A DNA stretch of 64,000 bases from Octopus sinensis (lineage: Eukaryota): positions 11,284,001-11,348,000 of the forward strand of contig NC_043012.1 in assembly GCF_006345805.1 (NCBI RefSeq), given 5' to 3'. Position 1 is the first letter of the stretch; each line of letters begins with the position of its first letter. Under the pieces are notes generated by a model that saw only the letters and a list, made by a program, of their open reading frames with translations, was not told the origin of the DNA and did no database searches. Of this stretch, positions 53,385 to 64,000 are shown one piece after another. The position numbers were made by a program, and so were the translations under genes.

Positions 53385-54487
53385 AGTGAGTGAAAGTGTG
53401 TGTGAGAGAGAGAGAAAATGTTGAAAAATTGCTATTATGATTCATGTAGGGTAAATCTGTGTTAGTCCAATTTCCAGTCAGATATCAAATATAATTTGTC
53501 CTCAGATTTACCTTTGGTATTAAAAACATATGAATTATTTGCAGAGTGTTTATCCAAGAGATAAATAAAATAAGAGATTCAGTGAATCTCTTTATTACAT
53601 CATAAATAATATAATCTTTACATGTGTTCCACTTGTGCATATGTACAGCAATCATTACATAGACAATTGCATAATCACCATAGATGCCAGATCATCAGAA
53701 GAAAGGAGTAATTTAATCCAGCATTAGTTATCAACCTCAATTGGTAACCAACACAAATGAAAAGAAAATAGAACTCATTCATAGAAGTAAATACATTTTT
53801 AATTGATTATAAAAAGGGCTGAGTTTCTTGCACAAAACTCTTGGTTCTTGAGTCACTTAACTTTACAGTTGAATAATGTGTGTGTGTGTGTGTGTTTTGT
53901 TGCCTCAAAAGTTGAGTCTGCTCTGAGTGAACTGCTCAGCATTGAACAGGGCTCAAAATTTTAGAAAAATGATATAAATCTGTTTTTTCAGTTTTTTTTT
54001 TTGTTACCATTTTTTTAAAAGAGAACCAGGGTGTCTAAGTTAATTAGAAAGTGGCCAATGAGGGATTGGTTGTTCATATGCTGTTATTGGCATTGGTCAG
54101 TATTACTGGACAAGCTATAGTAACCAGACAGAATTACTAGTTTACCAAACGACTGCACTTTTTTAAACCAAGTAACTCTCTTAATAGCTATGTAATATTA
54201 GATATAGATATGTGCTTTTTTCTTATATGCACATGTGTATATGTATAGATGTGAAAATGTTGGTGTATTTGGGGCTATATTACTTTGTGTAGATGTGTGT
54301 GCTATATGTATGAACTGCTTTATGGGTTTATCTGTGCACAGGTATATGTGTGTAGATGTGTGTATGTGTAAGTTTATGTATATTGGTTTGATATATGTGT
54401 ATATTAGTGTATGCATGTGTGGGTGTATACATTGATTTATAGACACATGAGTTAACATATGTGTTGATTTATGTATATATATATATA

Positions 54488-54643
54488 TCATCATCGTTTA
54501 GCATCCGCTTTCCATGCTAGCATGGGTTGGACGGTTCAACCGGGGTCTGGGAAGCCAGAAGGCTGCACCAGGCCCAGTCTGATCTGACAATGTATCTACA
54601 GCTGGATGCCCTTCCTAACGCCAACCACTCCGTGGGTGTAGTG

Positions 54644-54647
<4 letters not shown>
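54488..54647 (-). mobile_element. RTE-type 3' end (family D)
   Basis: Reverse complement of family D. Confidence 0.85.
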
Positions 54648-54682
<35 letters not shown>

Positions 54683-54839
54683 CATTGCAGAGATCTGGTT
54701 ATCTATATACTTCGAATGTAGTCCTGTGGCTGGTCGTCTATGGGTGTTTCACTGCATGTCTGTAAAACTGTACCTATTATATTAGTACAATAATCTGACT
54801 TTAGACTGCAGCCAGCTGGCACCAAATTATTAGTCAAAT

Positions 54840-54980
54840 GCATTGACCCCAGTACCTATGTTAAGCCTAGAACTTATTCTATCATTTTCTTTTGCTGAAC
54901 TGTTAAGTCATGGGGATGTAAACACACTAGCACTGGTTGTCAAGTGGTGGTGGTGGTGGACAGACAGACAGACAGACACA
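54840..54980 (-). mobile_element. SINE family A 3'-half fragment
   Basis: Diverged match. Confidence 0.65.
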
Positions 54981-54999
54981 CACACACACACACACACAT

Positions 55000-55175
55000 T
55001 TCCATTCTTAATGGCAACTGCCTGATGAACGGGAACGGGAAACTCTGAATAGCAGTTTTTTGTGATATTTTTGTAATGCTTTTGCAGCTTTAATAATATA
55101 GCATATTTACTATATCTCCGGTAGTCGAGTACTGTTTTTTCACCACCTTTTTTTTTCACATTTATCTGCTTATTC
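55000..55175 (+). mobile_element. Penelope-like LTR family P3 with hammerhead motif at 55016-55057
   Basis: AACTGC-CTGATGA-acgggaacgg-GAAA-CTCTGAATA-GCAGTT: perfect 6-bp stem I and core; stems II and III decayed. Confidence 0.6.
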
Positions 55176-55299
55176 TGGTATATATATATATATATAAACT
55201 CCGAATGACCCATCCTTGTTTTTACTTGTCCCTTTTTTGTATCATCTGTCTGGATGTCTTGTTGTCACCTGTTGCGTTCTTGTCCCATTTTTTGTATTC

Positions 55300-55302
55300 T
55301 TT

Positions 55303-55348
<46 letters not shown>

Positions 55349-55505
55349 TGATGTATGTATGTAGTATGTATGTATGTATGTATGTATGTATGTAGTGTGT
55401 GGTGTGGTGTGTGTGTGTGTGTGTTGTGTGTGTTGTGTGTGTGTGGTGGTTGTGTGTGTGTGTGGTGTGTGTGTGTGTGTGTGTGGTGTTGTGTGTGTGT
55501 GGTGC
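55300..55505. repeat. (TATG)n and (TG)n/(TGG) microsatellite
   Basis: Directly visible. Confidence 0.9.
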
Positions 55506-55610
55506 CTGGTGGCTAGGAAAATGTGTGCACACATGCATGCATATTTCTCTTCCATTTTATTTTCTCAGGCACCAGGCAGTCATAGTGAAACTCTATTTTT
55601 CATCGTTGTT

Positions 55611-55653
<43 letters not shown>

Positions 55654-56081
55654 TTTGGATATTAAAGCTCCACTTTTTTTCTTCTTATTTTCCCTCTCCC
55701 ACGCCACTCCATTCTTTCTCTTTCAACACCCCTCCAGCTTCTCTCTCCCTCTTTCTCTTCAGATCCTCATGTTGCTGTTAATATGATACAATTTCATCTG
55801 TAATTTGTGCTGTTCCCAGTTAGCAGATCTACATGCTGCTGATGGTGGAGAATTGGGGAAGAATCCTTAGGAACGGCTCAGTACCTTTGAAGAATTCCAG
55901 TTGTTCAAAACCCAAAAACAAACAAATATGGCATGACATGATATATTATTTAGCCTGGGAGGAAAGAAGAGAAAAAAAAAACCCTAGGAAAGCTTAGATA
56001 TTTTCCTGACCCTTCCCCGCTACATAAATACTTCATAGTATTCCCCCACCCCCGCAACTTCTTTGATATAGTGTGTGTGTA

Positions 56082-56127
<46 letters not shown>

Positions 56128-56196
56128 AGTGTTAGTATGTGAAGATGTGCTTGTATTTGAGACTGGATGTTACACACACACACACACATATATGTA

Positions 56197-56421
56197 TTGG
56201 GTTGTCCGGAAAGTTCGTGCCGATTTTTAAAGGAAAGAAAATGGTCAATAAATACTTGCCATTACATTTTTAATCAACCAAATATGAACCATTTTGTTGC
56301 ACAATGCGTCTCCATCTTTCTTTTAACTTGAAAATATCCTCTTCCCAGAATTGAGGTGCCTGGAAGGGTAAGTCGAAAGGTAAGCTACTATAAATCGGCA
56401 AGAACTTTCCAGACAACCCAA
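56197..56421 (-). mobile_element. Internally deleted mariner element (225 bp)
   Basis: ~30-bp TIRs TTGGGTTGTCCGGAAAGTTC, TA TSDs; 56270-56356 minus encodes PQFWEEDIFKLKERWRRIVQQNGSYLVD*, a mariner transposase C-terminus. Confidence 0.92.
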
Positions 56422-56519
56422 TATGTACATAAATTAGAAAAACGAACTTTTTTCGAAAGCAAATAGAAAAACGAGACAGGCAAAGAATAATCCCTTCATT
56501 AGTTATCTCCCGTTTTACT

Positions 56520-56932
56520 CTCTACTCTTTTACTCTTTTACTTGTTTTAGTCATTTGACTGCGGCCATGCTGAAGCACCGCCTTTAGTCGAGCAACTCGA
56601 CCCCGGGACTTATTCTTTTGTAAGCTCAGTACTTATTCTATCGGTCACTTTTGCCGAACCGCTAAGTAACGGGGACATAAACACACCAGCATCGGTTGTC
56701 AAGCAATGTTTGGGGGACAAACACAGACACACAAACGCACACACACGCATATATATATATACATATATACGACGGGCTTCTTTCAGTTTCCGTCTACCAA
56801 ATCCACTCACAAGGCTTTGGTCGGCCCGAGGCTATAGTAGAAGACACTTGCCCAAGGTGCCACGCAGTGGGACTGAACCTGGAACCATGTGGCTGGTTAG
56901 CAAGCTACTTACCACTCAGCCACTCCTGCGTC
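56520..56932 (-). mobile_element. SINE family A, full length
   Basis: Reverse complement of family A. Confidence 0.92.
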
Positions 56933-57107
56933 TATGTTTTGTCTACTCTGCATTTCGAATGTTGGGATAAGACGCGACTTCGTTAAAACAATCCTTCCCA
57001 CAAAGCAAATTAAATAAAATTTGGGATTTTTTGCGGAGGGTTAAAGTGGTAACAATAACAGGACAGTAAGAACAAACAGTAAGGGCTGTTAAGCCATAAT
57101 GAGGTAT

Positions 57108-57247
57108 GTATTCGGCAAAAAGAGACCGATAGAATAAGTACTGGGCTAACAAAAAGAATAAGTCCTAGGGTCGATTTGCTCGACTAAAGGCGGTGCTCCA
57201 GCATGGCCGCAGTCAAATAACTGAAACAAGTAAAAGAGTAAAAGAGT
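57108..57247 (+). mobile_element. SINE family A 3' tail
   Basis: Matches family A 3' end. Confidence 0.88.
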
Positions 57248-57385
57248 ATATATATATGTATGTATGTACATATGTATATATATATATATATGTATGTACA
57301 TATGTATATATATATATATATATGTATGTACATATGTATATATATATATATATGTATGTACATATGTATAAATATATATATACAT
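57248..57385. repeat. Higher-order repeat (TA)n-TGTATGTACATATG, four to five units
   Basis: Directly visible. Confidence 0.85.
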
Positions 57386-57764
57386 ACATATGTGTCTCAT
57401 CTATAGATGTGTGTAGCCAAGGCCAGGATGAAAGCCACCACTACACCCTGTTTACATCTTCGTAAGGAGACAGATGCTAGTGCACAACTCATCATCATTC
57501 ATACCTTGTGGTCATGCATCACTGCCCTTTGCTACATCATGCTACTACTTCTCCTTGTTAACCTACAACCACCACCACCACCACTACTCCTGCCCTCCCA
57601 CCCTAACACACGCGTACACCCACACCTGCACCCCCCCCACTCACGTTGAGTAGAGGTTTTATCTTCTGTCATAATTTAAGAATCTGGCAGCCATTAATGA
57701 CAGTTGTTAATAATCCATCAAGGAAAAGGTGTAACTTTGACAGAACGACAACAACAACAACAAC

Positions 57765-58145
57765 GGTGATGATAAGATGATGATGTTGAGGATGGTGATA
57801 TGAGGATGATGATGATGATGATGATGATGATGTTCACAATGGTGATATTATCACGATGGTGATGATGGTGTTAACAATAGTGATATTATGATGATGGTGA
57901 TGATGATGACGATGATGTTCATGATGATATTGTGGTGGTGATGATGATGAAGCAGGCAATGATAATAATGTCGATGATACTGATAACAATGAAGGTGATG
58001 TTGACGATAACGATGATGATGATGATGATGATGATAGTAGGGGTGACGACTCTCACAGTGACTACCATGGTAATGATGATGGTAATATCGATAACAGAGA
58101 CTATGATGATGACGAGGATGATGATGATGATGCTGATGCTGATGA
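57765..58145. repeat. Degenerate (GAT)n low-complexity tract
   Basis: Directly visible. Confidence 0.9.
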
Positions 58146-58755
58146 TTAATTAATGCCAAGAAAACTGCCATCCAACCAACCAACCAACAAGCCAGCCAGC
58201 CAGCCAGCCAGCCACTGAACCAACCACCGAACCAGCCAACCATCGTTTAAAAGTAATAAGCTTTTGGTTTAAATGAGAAATTAATGTCTGACTACATTAT
58301 GCTGCTACATCAACATCAACGTCAACAACACTCCAAGATTTACTTATCCACTTTACTGACAAGTGTTCTATACTCTTCCCCCGCCCACACACACCCTCTC
58401 TATCAACTCCCTTTGTTGTAGATCTTTGAAAGGCTTTTCCCCATCGTTTGATGAGAAGAATTGGTGGTGTTGGTTATGGTGGTGGTGGTGGTTATGGTGG
58501 TGGTGGTTGCTCTTGTTGTGGTTGTTGCTTATACTTTTCCATTATGCTTCTGGTGGCTCATTGGCGATGCTGGGATTTAGCCCTTGGGCAATCCAGCCGG
58601 AGGACACTTACCATCAAAGAAATTGTTGTTGTTGTTGTTGTCGACGATCTTTCACACCCAGCCTCACAACACCCTCTAGTAATTAATATTCTTGATCATG
58701 CTGAGTTTCAACTGTGGCTATGCTGTCTTTGATTCTGGCACTTTTTATCCAAGAC

Positions 58756-58940
58756 TACAATGGGGTGCTGAAAAAGTTCCTGGCTTTGGGTAAAAGAAAC
58801 TACAAGAGGGTCAGTTGTTAATTATGATTTTATTCAACATATTCCCCTCTCAGATTCACACACTTATTGAAGCAGTCCTTCAGTTTTTCTAAGCTTTGCG
58901 AAAGAGCTTGGAAGGTTGGGCCTCCAACCAGGCCTTTTGC
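58756..58940 (-). mobile_element. Mariner 3'-end relic
   Basis: Minus strand KAWLEAQP.. / LEKLKDCFNKCVNLRGEYVE* resembles the mariner C-terminus (KC....G.YVE); TIR-like GGGGTGCTGAAAAAGTTCC next to TA. Confidence 0.75.
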
Positions 58941-58984
58941 TACACCCTTAAAGGCAGGAACTTTCCAGCACACCCTTGTGTGTG

Positions 58985-59051
<67 letters not shown>

Positions 59052-59052
<1 letters not shown>

Positions 59053-59185
59053 CCTGTTGTGTTTGGGGGGGGAGAGTCATTTTCTTTTTGTGCTTTATAA
59101 TTTAACACACTCACTGGTAAAATTTCCACTCATTTCTTATTTTTATTTCCTAAAAAAATTTCGTTGCGTCTTGCAGCCTTTTCAA
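59052..59185 (+). repeat. Unclassified dispersed repeat (inverted copy of 16946-17075)
   Basis: High-identity match. Confidence 0.8.
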
Positions 59186-59548
59186 TAGTCTTGACTCTGT
59201 CCGTTATTTACACTGCGTTCCTTTTTGTTTGTTTGTGCACATGTGTGTGTGTGTGTATGTGCGTGTGTGTGTGTGTGTGTGTGTGTTCTCTCTGGGAGTT
59301 CATGGTATGAAATTCATGTGATTGCTCTTATTTGGTCGTAAATGCCATGCATTTAGTTTAAAATGTAATAAAAATAGGGGATTAGTGGGGCCCCAATAAG
59401 GCAACCCTTAAAAGAATAGACCCCGTTAGGACATTCCTTGAGATTAGGGGAGTTGTTGGTTTGAAACTCGCCGTCCTTGCACCAACGGTCTAGGAGGAGT
59501 TAACGAATATAAATACGTAACAGACGGAGAACCATCACTCAAATTTAT

Positions 59549-59914
59549 AGAGTGGCTGTGTGGTAAGTAGCTTGCTAACCAACCACACGGTTGCGGGTTC
59601 AGTCCCACTGCGTGGCATCTTGGGCAAGTGTCTTCTGCTATAGCCCCGGGCCGACCAATGCCTTGTGAGTGGATTTGGTAGACGGAAACTGAAAGAAGCC
59701 TGTCGTATATATGTATATATATATATGTATGCGTGTGTTTGTGTGTCTGTGTTTGTCCCCCTAGCATTGCTTGACAACCGATGCTGGTGTATTTAGGTCC
59801 CCGTCACTTAGCGGTTCGGCAAAAAGAGACCGATAGAATAAGTACTAAAAGGTGGTGCTCCAGCATGGCCGCAGTCAAATGACTGAAACAAGTAAAAGAG
59901 TAAAGAGTAAGAGT
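59549..59914 (+). mobile_element. SINE family A with internal deletion
   Basis: Matches 13875-14283 subfamily. Confidence 0.92.
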
Positions 59915-59927
59915 ATATCTGGCTATT

Positions 59928-60234
59928 GTGGAGGCGCAATGGCCCAGTGGTTAGGGCAGCGGACTCGCGGTCGTAGGATCGCGGTTTCGATTTCCAGACC
60001 GGGCATTGTGAGTGTTTATTGAGCGAAAACACCTAAAGCTCCACGAAGCTCCGGCAGTGGGTGGTGGCGATCCCTGCTGTACTCTTTCGCCACAACTCTC
60101 TCTCACTTTCTTTTGTTGGTCTACTCGCTTAGCCAGCGGGGTGGCGTCATTTGAAGGCTAAAACAATGCGAAGCGCATTGTGACCAGCGATGTGTAGCAA
60201 CATTTGATAGCCTGGTCGGTCACGGGATCACGTG
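59928..60234 (+). mobile_element. SINE family C (head H2 + tail T3) with 13-bp TSD
   Basis: TSD ATATCT(G/T)GCTATT at 59915-59927 and 60235-60247. Confidence 0.9.
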
Positions 60235-60240
60235 ATATCT

Positions 60241-60627
60241 TGCTATTATATTAAACTGTCGTATGTCCAAAATCTGCCAAATGCGGTTTTTTTTTTACAG
60301 TATTTAATTTTGCTCGCAAATAGCCAGTTCTTTTGATCAAGCTATCGTATCTCCAGCTGCCTCAGATGCCAAGATAAGAAAATTGTTAGAGTTGTACAAC
60401 GGCTTAGCATTTTTCAAGCGTAGTAAATCTCACAGACGACCGTTTTGCATAAATATTTCTCACTGAAAATATCATACATGCATGGAGTTACGATCTTATG
60501 CCCCCAACAAAATATTATTGTTAAGCTGAAACTGTTGCTAATGTAAAAAGAAATGGAATGGTGAAACCACTTTTTCGTTTCTTGAAAAAGCAACGTTTTC
60601 GACTTACGACACTTGTGTATAATAGCA
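60241..60627. mobile_element. Putative MITE with imperfect ~32-bp TIRs
   Basis: TGCTATTATAttaAAcTGTCGTAtGTCcAAAA versus reverse complement of 60596-60627. Confidence 0.6.
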
Positions 60628-60629
60628 GC

Positions 60630-60813
60630 GCCATGATAGATCGTTAGCCACTACACACATTCTTTTCTCTCCTTGTTTTTTCTGTGTCCCTTTCTGTAGA
60701 AGGGCGTAGGCTCGAAACGTAAAAGACTTTTTCTATTCCTGAGCGTTATACTAATACATCTGTTTGTTTTGTACATCACCTGTCTTCGTCTTTTGTTTTT
60801 TTTTGTTAACTCT

Positions 60814-60817
<4 letters not shown>
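60630..60817 (+). mobile_element. Penelope-like LTR family P1, copy 3
   Basis: Collinear with 1113-1253 and 37005-37192. Confidence 0.75.
60690..60725 (+). ncRNA. Minimal hammerhead-like motif with variant core CUGUAGA
   Basis: CTTT-CTGTAGA-a-GGGC(gtag)GCTC-GAAA-C-GTA-AAAG. Confidence 0.55.
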
Positions 60818-60850
<33 letters not shown>

Positions 60851-61239
60851 ATGCTTATCTTTGTTTTAGCATTTGTTTTTTCCATGGTGGCGTAGGATGT
60901 GAAATGGTATTTTTTCTGGGAGTATTAAACGGCCAGTTGCCCTTTATGGCACCAAGACTTTTATTTGTTTCACATAATACACAGATATGCGGCATAACTT
61001 TCTCTAAAAATTGTGATACACTTGATGTGTGTGTATGTATGTATGTATGTATGTATGTATGTATGTATGTATGTATGTATGTATGTATGTGCGTGCGTCT
61101 ATATAGATATACAATAAAGGCATCTCCAAAATCAGTTCTTTGACATATTTCAAATGTACTGACATCTGCATTAGAAATATTTCATTTTATCTGAGAACAA
61201 CCATATGTTAACATTTATATCACACACACGCAGGCACAC

Positions 61240-61273
<34 letters not shown>

Positions 61274-62344
61274 GCGCGCACACACAAATATATACATGCA
61301 CACAGACACACACATGATGATGAATACATGCATGCTTCATTAAATACAAAGAGAGAGAGAGAGAGAGAGAGAAATCATTAATATATATAACAGTAGGAAA
61401 CTCAAATATTTACAATAAGCATATATATGTGTGCCTATGCATGTGTGACAAAACTAGTTGCCAGTGCAAATATGCTTGAGGTATATTTGAGCCCATAAGA
61501 GGCATATTTGAACTACATTTTGTCATCGAGAAAATTTCTTGGAGTTGACAAAAAAAACTATAAACATGCAGAGTCAGCTTGCTGCAGCCGTTAACCAGAG
61601 TGTTTGATAGATGCATTTCAGAGTGATTAACACCAATATCTATGTGTATATATATAGGTGATAACCACTATATATATATATATATATATATATCACCTAT
61701 ATATATACATATATATATACATATGTATATATATATGTACATATATGTATGTATGTATATATATATATATTTAGAGAGAGAGGAGAAGATAAATGTGCAT
61801 GTATAATGCAGCTAATTTGCCATGTCTAATGCAGAAGCCGTATTCCCATTGCTTTAAATGGTTGACTGTTTGCAGTAGACAAATGCTGGTGGTGATGAAG
61901 ATGGTAGTGGTGGTAGTGCTGATGATGATGATAGTGATGACGATGATTAATTGTACTAGGTGCCAGGGTGAGAGCCAAACATGCACAGCGCTTGTTAATT
62001 GTTCACATGACATTTTCAGATTCCACTGCTTACATAAGCAAACAATTTTCCTCCCAAATATTGATTTTATTATTAATCACATATTTCAATATTTTCTATC
62101 ACATTTTTCTTGTCATCATTTTTCTCCTTTCTCGTTTCGTTTGCTTTTTCTCATTACCTCTCTTAATTGTTACGATTTCTAATGTAAACCTCCCTCACTT
62201 TTTCCTGACCTGTTCTGCTGTAATGCTGTCGTCACCTTGTGGCTGTAAAAGAAAAGATAATTATCCAAACCTTTACATTCTGAGTTCAGACCTTACTGAA
62301 GTCAACATTCTCTTTCATTCCTCTAGGGTGGATAAAATAAAGTA

Positions 62345-62637
62345 AAAAAAACAAACAAAGACGATAAAGGTCACCCATTTCAAGCCTAGCCAGGCTCATA
62401 GGGCCCGGTTTCCCGGTTTCTGTGGCGTATGTGTTCCCCCCCAGCTGGATGGGACGCCAGTACATCGCAGCGTTACTCAAGAAACAGGAAGAGAGAGTGA
62501 GAGAAAGTTGTGGTGAAAGAGTAGAACAGGAGTTGCCACCCCCTGGTGTTTTCGCTCATTAAACACACACAACGCCCGATATGGGAATCGAAACCGCGAC
62601 TCCGGTGCCCTAACCACTGGGTCATTGCGCCTCCACA
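62345..62637 (-). mobile_element. SINE family C (head H2 + tail T1) inserted in an old family B copy, 16-bp TSD
   Basis: TSD TGGATAAAATAAAGTA at 62329-62344 and 62638-62653. Confidence 0.9.
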
Positions 62638-62697
62638 TGGATAAAATAAAGTACCAGTGAAATAATGCGGTTGGTGAAATCAACTCGCTTTTTTCTT

Positions 62698-62930
62698 ATT
62701 TCTCTATTGCCCACAAGGGGCTAAACACAGAGGGGACAAACAAGGACAGACAAAGAGATTAAGTCGATTACATCGACCCCAGTGTGTAACTGATACTTAA
62801 TTTATCAACCCCGAAAGGATGAAAGGCAAAGTCGACCTCGGCGGAATTTGAACTCAGAACGTAACGGCAAACGAAATACCGCTAAGCATTTCGCCCAGAG
62901 TACTAACGTTTCTGCCAGCTCGCTGCCTTA
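62698..62930 (-). mobile_element. SINE family B, full length
   Basis: Near-identical to 34760-34992. Confidence 0.92.
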
Positions 62931-62979
62931 TTTCTCGCCTCCTTTCTCAAGTTTGAGGCATCGTGCTTATATTAGAAAT

Positions 62980-63415
62980 TAGGTCGACTTTGCCTCTTAC
63001 CCATTTTTTTGGGGGGTGGGGGTGAGGGTGAATAAAATATGTACCAGTTGTGTATTGAGGTTGATGTAATTGACTACGCTCCTCCCCCAAATTTCAGGCC
63101 TTGTGCCGGAAGTAGAATGGATTATTATTATTATTAAGGCGGCAAGCTGGCAGAATTGTTAACATTCCAAGCTAAATGCTCAGCGGCGTTTCGGTTGTCT
63201 TCATATTTTGAGTTTAAATTCTGCCGAGGTCAACATTACCTTTCATTCTTTTGGGGTTGATAAAATAAGTACCAGCTGAGAACTTGGGTCGATGTACTCG
63301 ACTTACCCACGCCCCTAAATTTGCTGACCTTCTGCTAAAATTTGAAACCATTATTAAGGCGATAAGCTGGCAGAATCATTAGCACACCGGGCTAAATGCC
63401 TAGTGGTAAGCATTG
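62980..63415 (+). mobile_element. Head-to-tail array of older family B-type units
   Basis: ATTATTAAGGCG junctions at ~63130 and ~63350 join tail to next head. Confidence 0.75.
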
Positions 63416-63454
63416 GTCGTGTGCTTATTCCAGGATAGCTTTTATCTTTTATAT

Positions 63455-63660
63455 GTTACTTGTTTCAGTCATTAGATTGCGGCCATGCTGGGGCACAGCC
63501 TAGAAGAATTTTTGGTCACACACACACACACACACACGATGGGCTTCTTTCAGTTTCCATCTATAAAATCCACCCACAAGGCACTTGTCCAAGGTGCCAC
63601 GCAAAGGAACTGAATCCCGAACCATGTGATTGGGAAGAAAGCTTCTTACCACACGGCCCC
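63455..63660 (-). mobile_element. SINE family A, internally deleted
   Basis: Tail and head segments joined across (CA)n. Confidence 0.75.
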
Positions 63661-64000
63661 AGTAAATGTTATAGGAATCTTGTGTAGGGACCTTCCAAAT
63701 TTTGTAAGGCTTTTGTTACTGTTCATGCGGCAGCTCCCTTCGTCAGCGTGTTCTTCATTGTTGCTCTGAAAATCCTGCTTCAGGTGTTGGTTTAGAATAC
63801 AGAGAGTAAAGGATCGACCCCAGGATTGAACTGCTATTTTATTTAACAATCTCGAAGGGATGAAAACTAATGTCGACCTGGTAGGATTGGAACTCAGAGA
63901 CTAAAGCGTCCTGATGCTCGATCCTCTCTGCAAATTCACCTCGGCACCGCAAATATCAAAACACTAAACACATCAAGTCCAACTTATAAGTAACAACGAT

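Noticed and set aside
57851-58243. His-rich or Met/Asp-rich ORFs (also 35572-36123, 24209-24688)
   Set aside because: Products of (CAT/GAT)n trinucleotide tracts with no other coding signal
59928-60005. tRNA genes at SINE heads (also ~38642-38710 minus)
   Set aside because: A/B boxes present but no complete cloverleaf; SINE heads continue into SINE bodies

Overview
AT-rich eukaryotic DNA with no recognisable host protein-coding exon, rRNA, intact tRNA or CRISPR. Nearly all ORFs in the track are translations of microsatellites or SINEs. The repeat content is dense (TA/CA/CAT)n plus several tRNA-derived SINE families and RTE, CR1 and Penelope-type relics, and looks like an octopus (coleoid cephalopod) genome; this is inferred from pattern recognition, not from a search. 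The window is a mosaic of: SINE family A (tRNA head, CCTTGGGCAAGT core-like motif), family B (Meta-domain-like, several with 12-17 bp TSDs) and family C (modular heads and tails); RTE and CR1 LINE 3' fragments; hAT, mariner, Merlin-like and unclassified MITEs; a short Helitron; and several Penelope-like LTR fragments carrying minimal hammerhead-ribozyme motifs. The strongest leads are a repeated hammerhead variant with a CUGUAGA core, a near-perfect 145-bp-arm palindrome with two divergent hammerheads nested in a hAT MITE, a 29-bp-TIR element flanked by a ~42-bp direct repeat, and combinatorial head/tail shuffling in SINE family C. I cannot show from sequence alone that any of these is a new system. 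Repeat boundaries without TSDs or TIRs are approximate.
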